The notes below the pieces were generated by a model, which was given only the letters and a program-made list of their open reading frames with translations, made no database searches and was not told the DNA's origin. Shown piece after piece: positions 15,267 to 27,812 of a DNA stretch of 32,000 bases. The stretch covers positions 2,411,877 to 2,443,876 of the forward strand of contig OY781919.1 in assembly GCA_963677215.1 (NCBI GenBank). The letters run 5' to 3'. Both the position numbers and the translations under genes were made by a program. Within the stretch, counting starts at the first letter, position 1. Each line of letters starts with the position of its first letter. This DNA comes from Geopsychrobacteraceae bacterium. Its GTDB lineage: Bacteria > Desulfobacterota > Desulfuromonadia > Desulfuromonadales > Geopsychrobacteraceae.

Positions 15267-17678
15267 ATGACGAAAGACGAGAAACAGAAAGCCCTGCAGA
15301 GGCGAAGCGCCTTTTTCAGCGATGGTGTTCAGGGTTTGCGGAACCGCAAGGGGGCCAACCTTGGAGGCTGGCTGCTGCTGATCGTTGCCGTGCTGTTGAC
15401 CTTTATCATCATACCGAAGGGTGGGCTGATTCCGGATTACTATGCTCCCGGCGATGTCGCTTCCCGCAATATCAAATCGCCCCGCGATCTGCTGGTCGAA
15501 GACCTGCCTTTGACAGAAGCCAAGCAGCTTGAGGCTGCCAACGCGGTTGCTCTGGTCTATCAGTTTGATGTGGCTGGTGGGAGTCAGGCTGTTGAACGGC
15601 TGGACCGGGGGCTGCGCGGCCTGTTGAATTATCAGCTCAGCAGCAGGGCCCTAAATGGACAGGATGTTCTTCCCCAGCTGGAGACCGACCTTGGCATCCC
15701 GCTGACCAGTGAAGAGTTTTTGCCTTTGCTGAAGCTGCCCCTGACAATCGAGCTGATCGACCAGATCAGGTTAGCTTTAGAGACTGTTTTTCACCGGCCG
15801 ATCGTTGCCAATCAGCAGATCTATCAGAGCGACCAGGACAAGGGACTGGTGGTTCTCGATTGGGCGAGTGGAGAGCCGCTTGAGTTGAAGATTGGTGATC
15901 GGGTGATTGGTCTCACCCAGGCTCTGAGCGAAGTTCAGACACAATTGGGGCAGCTCATGGGGCTTGCGGAGGGGCAGCGCCAGGTTCTGGCGCGCCTCGT
16001 TCAGCAACTGCTGCGGCCCAGCCTGATCTACGATCAGGATGAAACCGAAGCACGACGCCAGTTGGCCCGCGAGCAGGTCGCGCCTGTTCTGTTTCAGATC
16101 AAGAAGGGGGAGATGATCGTCCGCGAAGGGGAACGTATCTCCGCCGATCAGATCCTCAAGCTCAAGGCTATTCGTAATTCCGGACTCGACAACCGTAACC
16201 TGCAGACGGCCGCGGGGCTGTTGATCTGCATCCTGCTGCTGATCTATGTCGGCTATCATTTTGCCAACGGCAACATCAGTAAGTTTCGTCCAGATCAGCG
16301 TGACCTGCTGTTTCTGTCGAGCGTTTTTCTGGTCTATTTCGTTCTGGTCAAGGTCTCGATCCTGATTGTTTCCGCTATCGGCAACAGTTTTACCTACATC
16401 GATTCAACAGCTTACCTCTATGCGGTCCCTTTCGCGCTGGGTGCCATGCTGGTGCGGATCGTTCTCAATTCCGAGACCGCGTTCATCTTTTCCGTCGGCT
16501 GTGCCGTGCTGGTCGGTATTATCATGGGCAATAGCCTGCTGATGGCTCTGTTTGTCCTGATCGGCAGTCTGGTCGGGGCGCACGGAGTCCGGCACTGTCA
16601 GCAGAGGACCAGGCTTTATCGGGCCGGGCTGTGGATCGGCCTGACCAACGCCGCTTTGCTGCTGGGCATGCATTTTCTGTCGGGACGGGTTTTCGAGCTG
16701 CAACTGCTGTGGAAGCTTGGTCTCGGGTTTTTCGGTGGTATCGCCAGTGCCGTTTTTGTCAACGGCACGGTCCCGCTGGTCGAATCCTTCTTCAAGTACA
16801 CGACCGATATCAAGCTGCTTGAACTGGCCAACATGAACTCACCGGTATTGCGCCAGCTGATGATCGAGGCTCCCGGCACCTATCATCATTCGATCCTGGT
16901 CGGCAATTTGGCCGAGGCCGGGGCCGAAGCGATACGGGCCAATCCGTTGCTGGCTCGGGTCGCAGCCTATTATCATGATATCGGCAAGATCAAGAAACCG
17001 CTCTATTTTATCGAGAACTCTGGCGGTCAGCGAAACAAGCATGACAAACTGGCGCCGTCGATGAGTGCCCTGATCCTCACCTCACACGTCAAGGACGGAG
17101 TGGAACTGGCCCGCGAGCACAAGCTGGGATCGGAGCTGATGGAAATCATCCAGCAGCATCACGGCACCTCGCTGATCAAATTTTTTTATGACCGCGCCAA
17201 GAACCTGTCCGACCCGGAGGTCCATCAGGTTGATGAGCGTGATTACCGCTATCACGGGCCGAAACCTCAGACTCGGGAAGCGGCGCTGATTATGCTGGCC
17301 GATGCGATCGAGGCCGCCAGCCGGACACTGACCGATCCGACCCCGGCACGGATTCAGGGGATGGTGCAGAAGCTGATCAACAATATCTTTATTGATGGCC
17401 AGCTCGATGAGTGTGATCTTACCCTGAAGGACCTGAATCTGATCGCCAGGAGCTTCAATCGTGTGCTGTCGAGTTCATTCCATCATCGCGTCGATTACCC
17501 CGAACCCGTACATATCGTCAAGGACAAGGCCGAGCCTGAGGACAAGGTGGCCGTCAAAGAGAAAGTGAAACAGAAGAATGCGAATTCAGATCGACAACCG
17601 GCAGAACAAACAACGGATTCTGAAGCGTCCCCTGCGCAAGATAGCCCAGAAGATCTTAGACGTCTCGGGATATCCTAA
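15267..17678 (+). CDS. pgpH: 7TM-receptor HD/HDIG membrane phosphohydrolase (PgpH/YqfF family, the cyclic-di-AMP phosphodiesterase family), 803 aa
   Basis: N-terminal TM segment plus extracytoplasmic region, then a multi-TM block. The C-terminal HD domain shows YHHSILVGNLAE..YYHDIGKIKKP..QQHHGT..LADAIEAASR. It occupies the conserved phoH-pgpH-ybeY position. Confidence 0.88.
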   Translation: MTKDEKQKALQRRSAFFSDGVQGLRNRKGANLGGWLLLIVAVLLTFIIIPKGGLIPDYYAPGDVASRNIKSPRDLLVEDLPLTEAKQLEAANAVALVYQFDVAGGSQAVERLDRGLRGLLNYQLSSRALNGQDVLPQLETDLGIPLTSEEFLPLLKLPLTIELIDQIRLALETVFHRPIVANQQIYQSDQDKGLVVLDWASGEPLELKIGDRVIGLTQALSEVQTQLGQLMGLAEGQRQVLARLVQQLLRPSLIYDQDETEARRQLAREQVAPVLFQIKKGEMIVREGERISADQILKLKAIRNSGLDNRNLQTAAGLLICILLLIYVGYHFANGNISKFRPDQRDLLFLSSVFLVYFVLVKVSILIVSAIGNSFTYIDSTAYLYAVPFALGAMLVRIVLNSETAFIFSVGCAVLVGIIMGNSLLMALFVLIGSLVGAHGVRHCQQRTRLYRAGLWIGLTNAALLLGMHFLSGRVFELQLLWKLGLGFFGGIASAVFVNGTVPLVESFFKYTTDIKLLELANMNSPVLRQLMIEAPGTYHHSILVGNLAEAGAEAIRANPLLARVAAYYHDIGKIKKPLYFIENSGGQRNKHDKLAPSMSALILTSHVKDGVELAREHKLGSELMEIIQQHHGTSLIKFFYDRAKNLSDPEVHQVDERDYRYHGPKPQTREAALIMLADAIEAASRTLTDPTPARIQGMVQKLINNIFIDGQLDECDLTLKDLNLIARSFNRVLSSSFHHRVDYPEPVHIVKDKAEPEDKVAVKEKVKQKNANSDRQPAEQTTDSEASPAQDSPEDLRRLGIS

Positions 17679-18036
17679 GGGCGAACTGTCGATCGTTCTG
17701 CTCGACAACGCCGGGATTCAGGAGGTCAACCGCGATTACCTGGGGCGCGACTGGCCGACCAACGTCATTTCCTTTTCGATGCTTGAAGGTGAGGGGGCCG
17801 GTATCCAACCCGATCTGCTCGGCGATGTGATTATCTCGACTGAACGTACGGCCAGCGATGCCGACGAGGCCGGGATCCCTTTTGAGCATGAACTCTGGTT
17901 CCTGCTACTGCACGGCATCCTTCATCTGATCGGTTATGATCATGAGCGGGGTAGTGAAGAGGACGCTGCGCAGATGGAAGCCAGGGAAAAAGAAATCTTT
18001 TCCATACTTGTTAACGAATTTTCTATTTCTGCATAG
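17578..18036 (+). CDS. ybeY: Endoribonuclease YbeY (16S rRNA maturation)
   Basis: Zn-binding motif HGILHLIGYDHE. Typical N-terminus MRIQIDNRQ..ELSIVLLDNAGIQEVNRDYLG. 152 aa. Confidence 0.93.
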   Translation: MRIQIDNRQNKQRILKRPLRKIAQKILDVSGYPKGELSIVLLDNAGIQEVNRDYLGRDWPTNVISFSMLEGEGAGIQPDLLGDVIISTERTASDADEAGIPFEHELWFLLLHGILHLIGYDHERGSEEDAAQMEAREKEIFSILVNEFSISA

Positions 18037-18059
18037 ATTGCAAGGAGCTCGAAGATCTG

Positions 18060-18920
18060 GTGGATAGTGACAATGCGCAAGATTCTGACAGTTGGTTGAA
18101 GCGTCTGACCGATAAACTGGCCCTGCGTCCCAAGGCCAGCACTGAAGAAGATCTGCATGAAATGATCGATGCCTCGGAACAGCAGGGGATCATCGATGAA
18201 GAAGAAGGGGAGATGCTCCAGTCGATTCTGGAGTTGGATGAAACAATCCTCCGGGAGATCATGGTGCCGCGGACCGATATGGTCTGTGTCGACAGTGATG
18301 CTCCTCTCAGCGCTGTACTTAAAGCTATTCTCAAGACCGGTCATTCCCGGATTCCCGTCTATCGTGGCAATATCGATAACATCATCGGCCTGGTCTACGC
18401 CAAGGATCTTTTGCGTTACTGGGGGAGAGAGATTGACAATATCGTCCTCGGCGAAGTTCTGCGTCCTCCCTATCTGGTCCCCGAATCGAAGACCGTCAGC
18501 GACATGCTCAAGGAGTTTCAGGAGACCCGCGTCCATATCGCCATCGTCATCGACGAGTATGGCGGTACCTCCGGGCTGGTGACGATTGAGGACCTGCTCG
18601 AAGAGATTGTCGGCGATATTCAGGATGAGTACGACCGAGAAGACGAGTGGCTGATTGAAGAACCTGACGGAACCCTGCTGGTTGATGCCCGCCTGAATAT
18701 CGAAGAATTTGAAGAATATTACGAAGTTGAGGTTCCTCGCGAAAAATTCGATACCATCGGTGGTTTTATCGTCGAGCATTGCGGCCGGGTTCCGGCTGTT
18801 GGCGAGCGAATCAAGGTCGAGAATTTCGAGATGCTGATCGAGCAGGGGAACCAGCGGGTCATTCGCCAGGTGCGGATCTTTCCGCAGCAGGTCGCTGAGG
18901 CAGAAGGAAGCGACTCTTGA
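18060..18920 (+). CDS. corC: CorC/HlyC-family protein (CBS pair plus CorC_HlyC transporter-associated domain)
   Basis: Motifs [45 protein letters not shown] and the C-terminal ..[10 protein letters not shown].. GTG start. Position after ybeY matches ybeX/corC. Confidence 0.88.
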   Translation: MDSDNAQDSDSWLKRLTDKLALRPKASTEEDLHEMIDASEQQGIIDEEEGEMLQSILELDETILREIMVPRTDMVCVDSDAPLSAVLKAILKTGHSRIPVYRGNIDNIIGLVYAKDLLRYWGREIDNIVLGEVLRPPYLVPESKTVSDMLKEFQETRVHIAIVIDEYGGTSGLVTIEDLLEEIVGDIQDEYDREDEWLIEEPDGTLLVDARLNIEEFEEYYEVEVPREKFDTIGGFIVEHCGRVPAVGERIKVENFEMLIEQGNQRVIRQVRIFPQQVAEAEGSDS

Positions 18921-20434
18921 AGTATTTTTCCCAGATTGACCGGACCATCCTGATTTCTGCTCTTTCCGGGGTGCTGCTGGCGCTTGCTTTTCCTCGCCCC
19001 GATTTGTTCTGGCTGGCCTGGATCGGTCTGATTCCTCTGCTGCTGGTCATGGGGAAACGTCCTTTTGCCAGTGGTTTTTCTGCCGGAATCGCCTTTTTTG
19101 CCGTCGTTCTCTACTGGCTGAATATCGTGATGACCAACTACGGTGGTCTGATGCCGGTCTTTTCCGCGATCGCCTACCTGATGCTGGTCATCTATCTGGC
19201 GTTCTATTTCGGGATCGCCACCCTGACCAGCTGGGGGTTGAAAAAGCGTTACCGGATTCCACTACTGCTCAGTTTTCCCTTTTTCTGGGTTGCTCTCGAA
19301 TACCTGCGCGGTCTGATTTTCAGCGGGTTTCCCTGGGCTCTGCTCGGTTATTCCCAGCAGGATTTTTCGCTGGCCATCCAGAGTGCCGATGTGACGGGGG
19401 TGTATGGCGTCAGTTTCATCCTGGTTGCGGTCAATTGCGCCCTGGCCTGGCTGATTGTTGAACCGCGCAAACGGAACGCTTGGATAGGCGCCGTGGTTGT
19501 CGCTGTGCTGCTGGCCGGCCACCTTGGTTATGGGCACTGGTGTGAGCGGACAAAAAGTGATGAGCGCGAGGAAAGCCTGCGCATCGCCCTGATTCAGGGT
19601 AATATTGAGCAGGGGCAGAAGTGGTTGCCGGAAAATCGTCAGCAGACGGTCGATTTCTATCGTGATCTCTCCTTGCAAGCAGCCGAGCAGCCAGTTGACC
19701 TGTTGCTCTGGCCGGAAGCGGCGACCCCGTTTTTTCTGCAGGATGACGGTGCGCTGCAGCGCCAGGTCAAGGCCGTGCCTGGTGAGGCGCAGGCCGCACT
19801 GCTGGTCGGTAGCCCGTCTTATGAAGCAGATGGTGAAGGGCAGGTGAGCTATTACAACAGCGCTTATCTGTTCTCGCCGCAGGGGGAAAAGATCGGTCGC
19901 TCCGACAAGCTGCACCTGGTGCCGTTCGGGGAATATGTGCCGCTTAAATGGTTACTCGGTTTCCTTGATAAGCTGGTCGTCGGCGCCGGCGATTTCTCGT
20001 CCGGAAAATTGCAGCCGCTTGTTTATGCTGACCACAGGCTCGGAGTGCTGATCTGTTATGAAGCGATCTTTTCCGAGCTGGCCAGGACCCAGGTGCGCAA
20101 AGGGAGCGATCTGCTGATCAATCTGACCAATGATGCCTGGTTCGGCCGCTCCTCGGCACCTTATCAGCACCTTGCCATGGTGCGTTTTCGCTCCATCGAG
20201 AACAGGGTGTGGACGGCGCGCACGGCCAATACCGGAATCTCGGCCTTTATCGCCCCTTCGGGAAAAGTCATCAGCGCGACCCCGCTGTTTGAACGCCTGC
20301 AGCAGCGTGGCATCGTCGGGCTTGGGGCAGAGCAGACCTTTTATACCCGTTACGGTGACGTTTTTGCCCTGGCTTGCCTGATGCTCTTCTGCTTTGCCTG
20401 CTTTGCTCTGACGCGCAAGAAAAACAAAGACTGA
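18917..20434 (+). CDS. lnt: Apolipoprotein N-acyltransferase
   Basis: N-terminal multi-TM region. C-terminal nitrilase-like domain with LLLWPEAA, LICYEAIF and TNDAWFG. The TTG start overlaps the corC stop (TTGA). The first in-frame ATG would delete conserved TM segments. Confidence 0.9.
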   Translation: MKYFSQIDRTILISALSGVLLALAFPRPDLFWLAWIGLIPLLLVMGKRPFASGFSAGIAFFAVVLYWLNIVMTNYGGLMPVFSAIAYLMLVIYLAFYFGIATLTSWGLKKRYRIPLLLSFPFFWVALEYLRGLIFSGFPWALLGYSQQDFSLAIQSADVTGVYGVSFILVAVNCALAWLIVEPRKRNAWIGAVVVAVLLAGHLGYGHWCERTKSDEREESLRIALIQGNIEQGQKWLPENRQQTVDFYRDLSLQAAEQPVDLLLWPEAATPFFLQDDGALQRQVKAVPGEAQAALLVGSPSYEADGEGQVSYYNSAYLFSPQGEKIGRSDKLHLVPFGEYVPLKWLLGFLDKLVVGAGDFSSGKLQPLVYADHRLGVLICYEAIFSELARTQVRKGSDLLINLTNDAWFGRSSAPYQHLAMVRFRSIENRVWTARTANTGISAFIAPSGKVISATPLFERLQQRGIVGLGAEQTFYTRYGDVFALACLMLFCFACFALTRKKNKD

Positions 20435-20544
20435 TCGTTGGCCTCTAGCCATAACCTTAACTCGTATCCAACCTGAATACTTACGCGTCGCCCACCGGAG
20501 TTTTCGGTTGGCAGCTAACTATCACCAGTTCCGGAGATTTTCAG

Positions 20545-22299
20545 GTGCGCTATTCCTCTTTGCTGCTGGTTCCGCTTCTGTCTCTCTTGGTGTTTGCCGT
20601 CCCGCTCTGGGCGGCAGATGCCAACAGTTCATCATCCCTGCAAACAGGGATGATGACTATCGGGCTGTTCGGTGGACTGGCCCTGTTTCTTTTTGGTATG
20701 GAACAGATGACCGAAGCGCTCAAGGCCGCAGCCGGTGGTGGCCTGCAGACGATTCTGGCGCGCCTGACGACCAATCGCTTCAGCGGCGCGCTGATGGGGG
20801 CCCTGGTCACAGCGATCATTCAGTCCTCTTCGGTCACGACCGTTCTGGTTGTCGGCTTTGTGAGTGCCGGCCTGATGACTCTGAATCAGTCGATCGGCGT
20901 GATCCTCGGGGCGAACATAGGTACGACAATTACGGCCCAGATCATCGCCTTCAAGGTGACCAAGTATGCGCTGCTGATCGTTGCCGTCGGTTTTTTCATG
21001 ACTTTTACCGGTCGACGCGAGAAGGTTCGCCAATATGGGGCGATGTTTTTCGGGCTCGGACTGGTCTTTCTCGGTATGGGGATCATGAGTGAATCGATGG
21101 CTCCCCTGCGCCAGTATCCGCCGTTTCTCGATCTGATGAGACAGATGGCCAATCCTCTGCTGGGTATTCTGGTTGGCGCGGTTTTTACTGCGGTGGTTCA
21201 GTCCTCTTCGGCGACAACAGGGATCGTCATTGTTCTGGCCAGTCAGGGCTTTGTCCCTTTGACGGCGGGAATTGCCCTCGCTCTGGGAGCCAATATAGGC
21301 ACCTGTGTGACGGCGATGCTGGCGGCTATCGGTAAGCCCAGGGCCGCACTGAGGGCTGCAGCTGTCCATGTCCTGTTCAATGTCGTTGGCGTTCTGCTCT
21401 GGTTTGGATTTATCGGTCAGTTGGCGCGGCTAACGCAGTTTCTGTCACCGCTTCACCCTGAACTGACTGGTCTTGCCCGGCTGGCAGCGGAGACGCCGCG
21501 TCAGATCGCCAATGCCAATACCCTGTTCAACCTGGTCAATACCCTGCTGTTCATCGGTTTTACGCCATGGCTCGGGCAGGTTGTCAGTCGTATTTTTCCG
21601 GATCGGTTAAGGCGGGAAGACCAGCCGCTGATTGCGCCGAAATATCTTGATGAGCATCTGCTCGAGACTCCTTCGGCGGCGCTCAATGTCGTACGTCTGG
21701 AAATCGGTCATCTCGGTCAGCAGGTCCTGCTGATGTTGGCAACCGCGCACCGGGCCCTTGAGGAGCAGAGCGTCGATCTGTTCCGCGATGTTGAAAAGGC
21801 CGACGACGCTGCCGATATTCTGCATAAGGATATTCTGGAATATCTCAACGCGATAGGCAAACGGGAATTGACCGGCCAGCAGATTGAAGAATATTTTCGT
21901 CTGGCCCAGGCGGTCGATACCCTTGAAAGTATCGGTGATCTGCTGGAATCCGATTTTGCCGTGACCGGTGTGGAACTGGCCCAGCAGGGATCGCGGCCAA
22001 GTTCGATCATGTACGCGCACCTAAAAAAATTGCACGGGCTGGTTGTTGAAGCCCTGGAGTCGGCGATTCAGGCGGTTGTCAACAGCGATCAGAAGGCGGG
22101 GCAGGATGTTCTGGGGTTGCGCCTGGCGGTCAACGGCACGGTTGCCGAAGCCTTTCAGCATCAGGTGGAAAGTCTGGCCAAGAGTAATCGGGAGAGGATC
22201 GCGACGCTGCAGCTCGAGTTTGAAATGATCGACAAGCTGAAGCAGATCTACTCACTGAGTAAGCGGATCGCCCGCCTTTTTGTTCCCCCTGAGGTCTGA
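20545..22299 (+). CDS. Na/Pi cotransporter family protein with a C-terminal PhoU-like domain
   Basis: Duplicated motifs TAIIQSSSVTTV and TAVVQSSSATTGIV, plus GANIGTT / GANIGTC, characteristic of NptA/YjbB-type Na/Pi cotransporters. Helical C-terminal half. GTG start with GGAG upstream. Confidence 0.88.
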   Translation: MRYSSLLLVPLLSLLVFAVPLWAADANSSSSLQTGMMTIGLFGGLALFLFGMEQMTEALKAAAGGGLQTILARLTTNRFSGALMGALVTAIIQSSSVTTVLVVGFVSAGLMTLNQSIGVILGANIGTTITAQIIAFKVTKYALLIVAVGFFMTFTGRREKVRQYGAMFFGLGLVFLGMGIMSESMAPLRQYPPFLDLMRQMANPLLGILVGAVFTAVVQSSSATTGIVIVLASQGFVPLTAGIALALGANIGTCVTAMLAAIGKPRAALRAAAVHVLFNVVGVLLWFGFIGQLARLTQFLSPLHPELTGLARLAAETPRQIANANTLFNLVNTLLFIGFTPWLGQVVSRIFPDRLRREDQPLIAPKYLDEHLLETPSAALNVVRLEIGHLGQQVLLMLATAHRALEEQSVDLFRDVEKADDAADILHKDILEYLNAIGKRELTGQQIEEYFRLAQAVDTLESIGDLLESDFAVTGVELAQQGSRPSSIMYAHLKKLHGLVVEALESAIQAVVNSDQKAGQDVLGLRLAVNGTVAEAFQHQVESLAKSNRERIATLQLEFEMIDKLKQIYSLSKRIARLFVPPEV

Positions 22300-22387
22300 T
22301 CTGGGTAGCAGCGCGATTTGGCGGTTGACAACTGGTAAGTTTCGAGCAAGTATCTCTGTTTTTTTGCGAGCCTGAAGGATCGAATCT

Positions 22388-23155
22388 ATGCAGCAGGTCA
22401 CAGCAATTCTGCCGGCCCGTTATGCCTCTACCCGCTTTCCGGGCAAGCCATTGGCACTGATCGCCGGCAAGCCGATGATTCAGCATGTTTATGAACGGGT
22501 GTCGTTGGCCGACTCGGTGGATCGGGTCATTGTCGCCACGGACGATCAGCGCATCGTTGATTGCGTTGCGGCTTTCGGTGGAGAGGTCATGCTGACCCGT
22601 GCCGATCATCCGACCGGGACGGACCGTCTGGCTGAAGTCGCAAGCCGTATCGATGCGGAGCTGATTGTCAACGTTCAGGGGGATGAGCCGCTTATTCAGC
22701 CTGAAATGATCGATCAGGCCGTGGTGCCGTTGGTCGCGAATAGCGAGATCCAGATGGGAACACTGGCGTCTGTAGTCGACAGCGTCGACGATTTCCGCAG
22801 CCCGAACGTGGTCAAGGTGGTCAGGAATCTGGCCGGGTTCGCCCTCTATTTTTCCCGGGCACCAATCCCCTGGCCGCGGGATATTTTCGCGGATCAGCTT
22901 GGATATCAGCTGGCCGGTCTTGGCATCCTGCGCCATATAGGCCTTTATGTCTATCGTCGTCAGTTGCTGCTCGACTATCCGAAGTGGCCCAAGACCCCGC
23001 TGGAAGAGCTGGAGAACCTGGAACAGCTACGTGCTCTGGAGCGCGGTATCGGGCTCTATGTCGCTCAGACCGACTGCTCCTGCCATGGGGTCGATACGCC
23101 AGAGGATCTGCTTAGGGTTGAACGGCTTCTGAGTGAAAAACACGAATTAAAATAG
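22388..23155 (+). CDS. kdsB: 3-deoxy-manno-octulosonate cytidylyltransferase (CMP-KDO synthetase)
   Basis: N-terminus AILPARYASTRFPGKPLALIAGKPMIQHVYER, plus NVQGDEPLIQP. 255 aa. Confidence 0.93.
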   Translation: MQQVTAILPARYASTRFPGKPLALIAGKPMIQHVYERVSLADSVDRVIVATDDQRIVDCVAAFGGEVMLTRADHPTGTDRLAEVASRIDAELIVNVQGDEPLIQPEMIDQAVVPLVANSEIQMGTLASVVDSVDDFRSPNVVKVVRNLAGFALYFSRAPIPWPRDIFADQLGYQLAGLGILRHIGLYVYRRQLLLDYPKWPKTPLEELENLEQLRALERGIGLYVAQTDCSCHGVDTPEDLLRVERLLSEKHELK

Positions 23156-23282
23156 TAGGTTCGATTCTATTTGCAGGGTGGATCGATTTTTGCTAGATCG
23201 GGGTTTCTTTCGGACCTGTTTCTGTGTAGAATCAGCCAACTGAAGGCAAATGGCCATATGGTGGCCTTAAGTGCGAATATAG

Positions 23283-25735
<2,453 letters not shown>

Positions 25736-25743
25736 GGAAAGAG

Positions 25744-26706
25744 ATGATAGAAACAGCCAAACGTGTCCTGCAAGTCGAAGCTGAAGCCGTTCTTGCCCTT
25801 CAGGATCGTCTTGACGGGGATTTTACCAGGGCTGTAGAGATGATCCTGGCCTGCCAGGGGAAGGTTGTCATCACCGGAATGGGCAAGTCTGGGCTGATCT
25901 GTCAGAAGATTGCCGCGACCATGGCTTCAACCGGGACCCCGACCTTTTTTCTTCATCCGGCTGAAGGAATCCACGGTGATCTCGGCATGTTGTCCAGGGG
26001 GGATGTCGTCATTGCCGTCTCCTTCTCCGGCGAAACCGAAGAGGTCTGCCGGATTCTGCCGGTCATTAAACGGATGGGGCTGCCGCTGATCGCCATGTCA
26101 GGTAACCCCAAGAGTACACTGGGAATTGCCGGTGACGTTCACCTCAATGTCGCTATCAAGGAAGAAGCCTGCCCGCTGGGGCTGGCTCCTACTGCAAGTA
26201 CCACTGCGACGCTGGCCATGGGTGATGCCCTGGCCGTTGTCCTGCTCAACGAGCGCGGTTTTAAGGCGGAAGACTTTGCCCTGTTCCACCCCGGCGGTTC
26301 TCTGGGCCGCAAGCTGCTGCTGCGCGTAGATGATATCATGCTGCGTGGTGATGCTGTGCCGCTGGTCAGTGAAGAGACTCTGCTGCGCGATGCGCTGTTT
26401 GAGATCACCAGTAAAAAACTGGGGGTCACCGGTGTCGTCGATCTGGCCGGGCATCTGACCGGGGTGTTCACCGATGGCGACCTGCGTCGTATTATGGAGA
26501 AAGGGCTGGATGGCCTGGAATCCCCGATTCGGGAGGCGATGTCGACAAGTCCGAAGCGGATCCTGCGTCACAACCTGGCGGCCAAGGCGCTGCAGGTGAT
26601 GGAAGCCCACAAGATCTCCTCATTGTTCGTTTTTGAAGAAGAGGATGGCAAGGTTCCCGTTGGTGTTGTCCACCTCCAGGACCTGCTCAAGGCCGGAGTT
26701 GTCTGA
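25744..26706 (+). CDS. kdsD: Arabinose-5-phosphate isomerase (SIS domain plus CBS pair), KdsD/KpsF
   Basis: SIS motif VITGMGKSGLICQKIAATMASTGTP..HPAEGIHGDLG. C-terminal CBS pair. Located in a KDO gene cluster. Confidence 0.92.
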   Translation: MIETAKRVLQVEAEAVLALQDRLDGDFTRAVEMILACQGKVVITGMGKSGLICQKIAATMASTGTPTFFLHPAEGIHGDLGMLSRGDVVIAVSFSGETEEVCRILPVIKRMGLPLIAMSGNPKSTLGIAGDVHLNVAIKEEACPLGLAPTASTTATLAMGDALAVVLLNERGFKAEDFALFHPGGSLGRKLLLRVDDIMLRGDAVPLVSEETLLRDALFEITSKKLGVTGVVDLAGHLTGVFTDGDLRRIMEKGLDGLESPIREAMSTSPKRILRHNLAAKALQVMEAHKISSLFVFEEEDGKVPVGVVHLQDLLKAGVV

Positions 26707-27224
26707 TGTTGCAGAAGATGGAAAAGATCAAATTGCTGCTGATGGATGTCGACGGGGTTCTGACCGACGGGCGGATCATTTATGACAACCAGGGGAACGA
26801 GTTGAAGGCCTTTGACGTCAAGGACGGGCATGGACTGAAAATGCTGCAGCGGGCTGGAATCCAGCTGGGTATCATCACCGGGCGATCATCTCAGGTTGTT
26901 GAGAAGCGTGCCACGGAACTGGAGATTGAGATCCTCTACCAGGGGGCCAAGGTCAAGCTTGAGCCTTATCTGGAAATCCAGGCCACGACGGGACTGAGCG
27001 ATGAGCAGATCGCCTACATCGGTGATGATATCGTCGATCTGCCGCTGCTCAGAAGGGTTGGGTTCAGTGCGACCGTTGCTGACGCTGTCGAGGATGTCAA
27101 GCCGCTTGTCGATTATGTGACCACGCGCCCCGGAGGGCGCGGGGCTGTTCGTGAGGTCTGTGATATGCTGCTGCGGGCCAGTGGCCACTGGGATTCCTTG
27201 ACCGAACGCTACTTCAAGGCCTAA
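26706..27224 (+). CDS. kdsC: KDO-8-phosphate phosphatase (HAD superfamily, YrbI family)
   Basis: HAD motif LLLMDVDGVLTDG..YIGDDIVDLP. 172 aa. Its start overlaps the kdsD stop (TGATG). Confidence 0.9.
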   Translation: MLQKMEKIKLLLMDVDGVLTDGRIIYDNQGNELKAFDVKDGHGLKMLQRAGIQLGIITGRSSQVVEKRATELEIEILYQGAKVKLEPYLEIQATTGLSDEQIAYIGDDIVDLPLLRRVGFSATVADAVEDVKPLVDYVTTRPGGRGAVREVCDMLLRASGHWDSLTERYFKA

Positions 27225-27245
27225 CGAGACTTTGGCTTACGGATT

Positions 27246-27812
27246 TTGTCGATGTTGAGGATACGTCGTGCACTGGCCGTTATCATTCTGCTAACTGTCG
27301 CTGCTGTTGTCACAGGTATCTGGTTTAATCGTCCTGATACCCCGCAACAGCTGCTGAATCAGCTGCCGGCAGATGTCGATCTGAGCTTGCAGGAACTGCA
27401 CTATACGCAGAATGAAAATGGCAAGGCGGCCTGGTCGCTCGATGCGACTCAGGCGGAGTATCAGCGCGAGTCGGGGGTGGCCCACCTGGCGAATGTCTCT
27501 CTTGTGCTCTATCAGCAGCAGGAGTTCGGTGAGGTGACGATGACGGCCCGACAGGGTTACTTCGATCAGCAGGCCAATGAGATTGAGGCGATTGGTGATG
27601 TTGTTCTTGTCAGTGAAAAAGGCGATCGCCTCTACACGGACAGGTTGCGCTACGATACGAAAAACAAACAGATAAGCACAGCGGATGCTTTTCGTTATCT
27701 GTCCTCCGGGAATGAGTTGACTGGCGTCGGAATGCAGATCGATCTTTCCTCCGGTCAGATGACGGTAGAGAACGATGTCCGGGCTCTTTTTGTCCCGGAA
27801 ATGGAGCCCTGA
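27246..27812 (+). CDS. lptC: LPS export system protein LptC
   Basis: N-terminal TM anchor ALAVIILLTVAAVVTGIWF followed by a beta-rich periplasmic domain. Position is directly upstream of lptA-lptB. True start is probably the ATG at 27252. Confidence 0.8.
   Translation: MSMLRIRRALAVIILLTVAAVVTGIWFNRPDTPQQLLNQLPADVDLSLQELHYTQNENGKAAWSLDATQAEYQRESGVAHLANVSLVLYQQQEFGEVTMTARQGYFDQQANEIEAIGDVVLVSEKGDRLYTDRLRYDTKNKQISTADAFRYLSSGNELTGVGMQIDLSSGQMTVENDVRALFVPEMEP

Noticed and set aside
20497-20542. Near-repeat CCGGAGTTTTC / CCGGAGATTTTC upstream of the Na/Pi transporter gene
   Set aside because: Only about 11 nt long and imperfect, with a single pair. The second copy simply contains the GGAG ribosome-binding site. 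There is insufficient evidence for a regulatory repeat or Pho box.
23251-23266. TGGCCatatggTGGCC upstream of pyrG with GG-N10-GC spacing
   Set aside because: Both boxes deviate from consensus (TGGCC rather than TGGCAC, TGGC rather than TTGC). The sequence is better described as a short palindrome, and there is no reason to expect sigma-54 control of pyrG.
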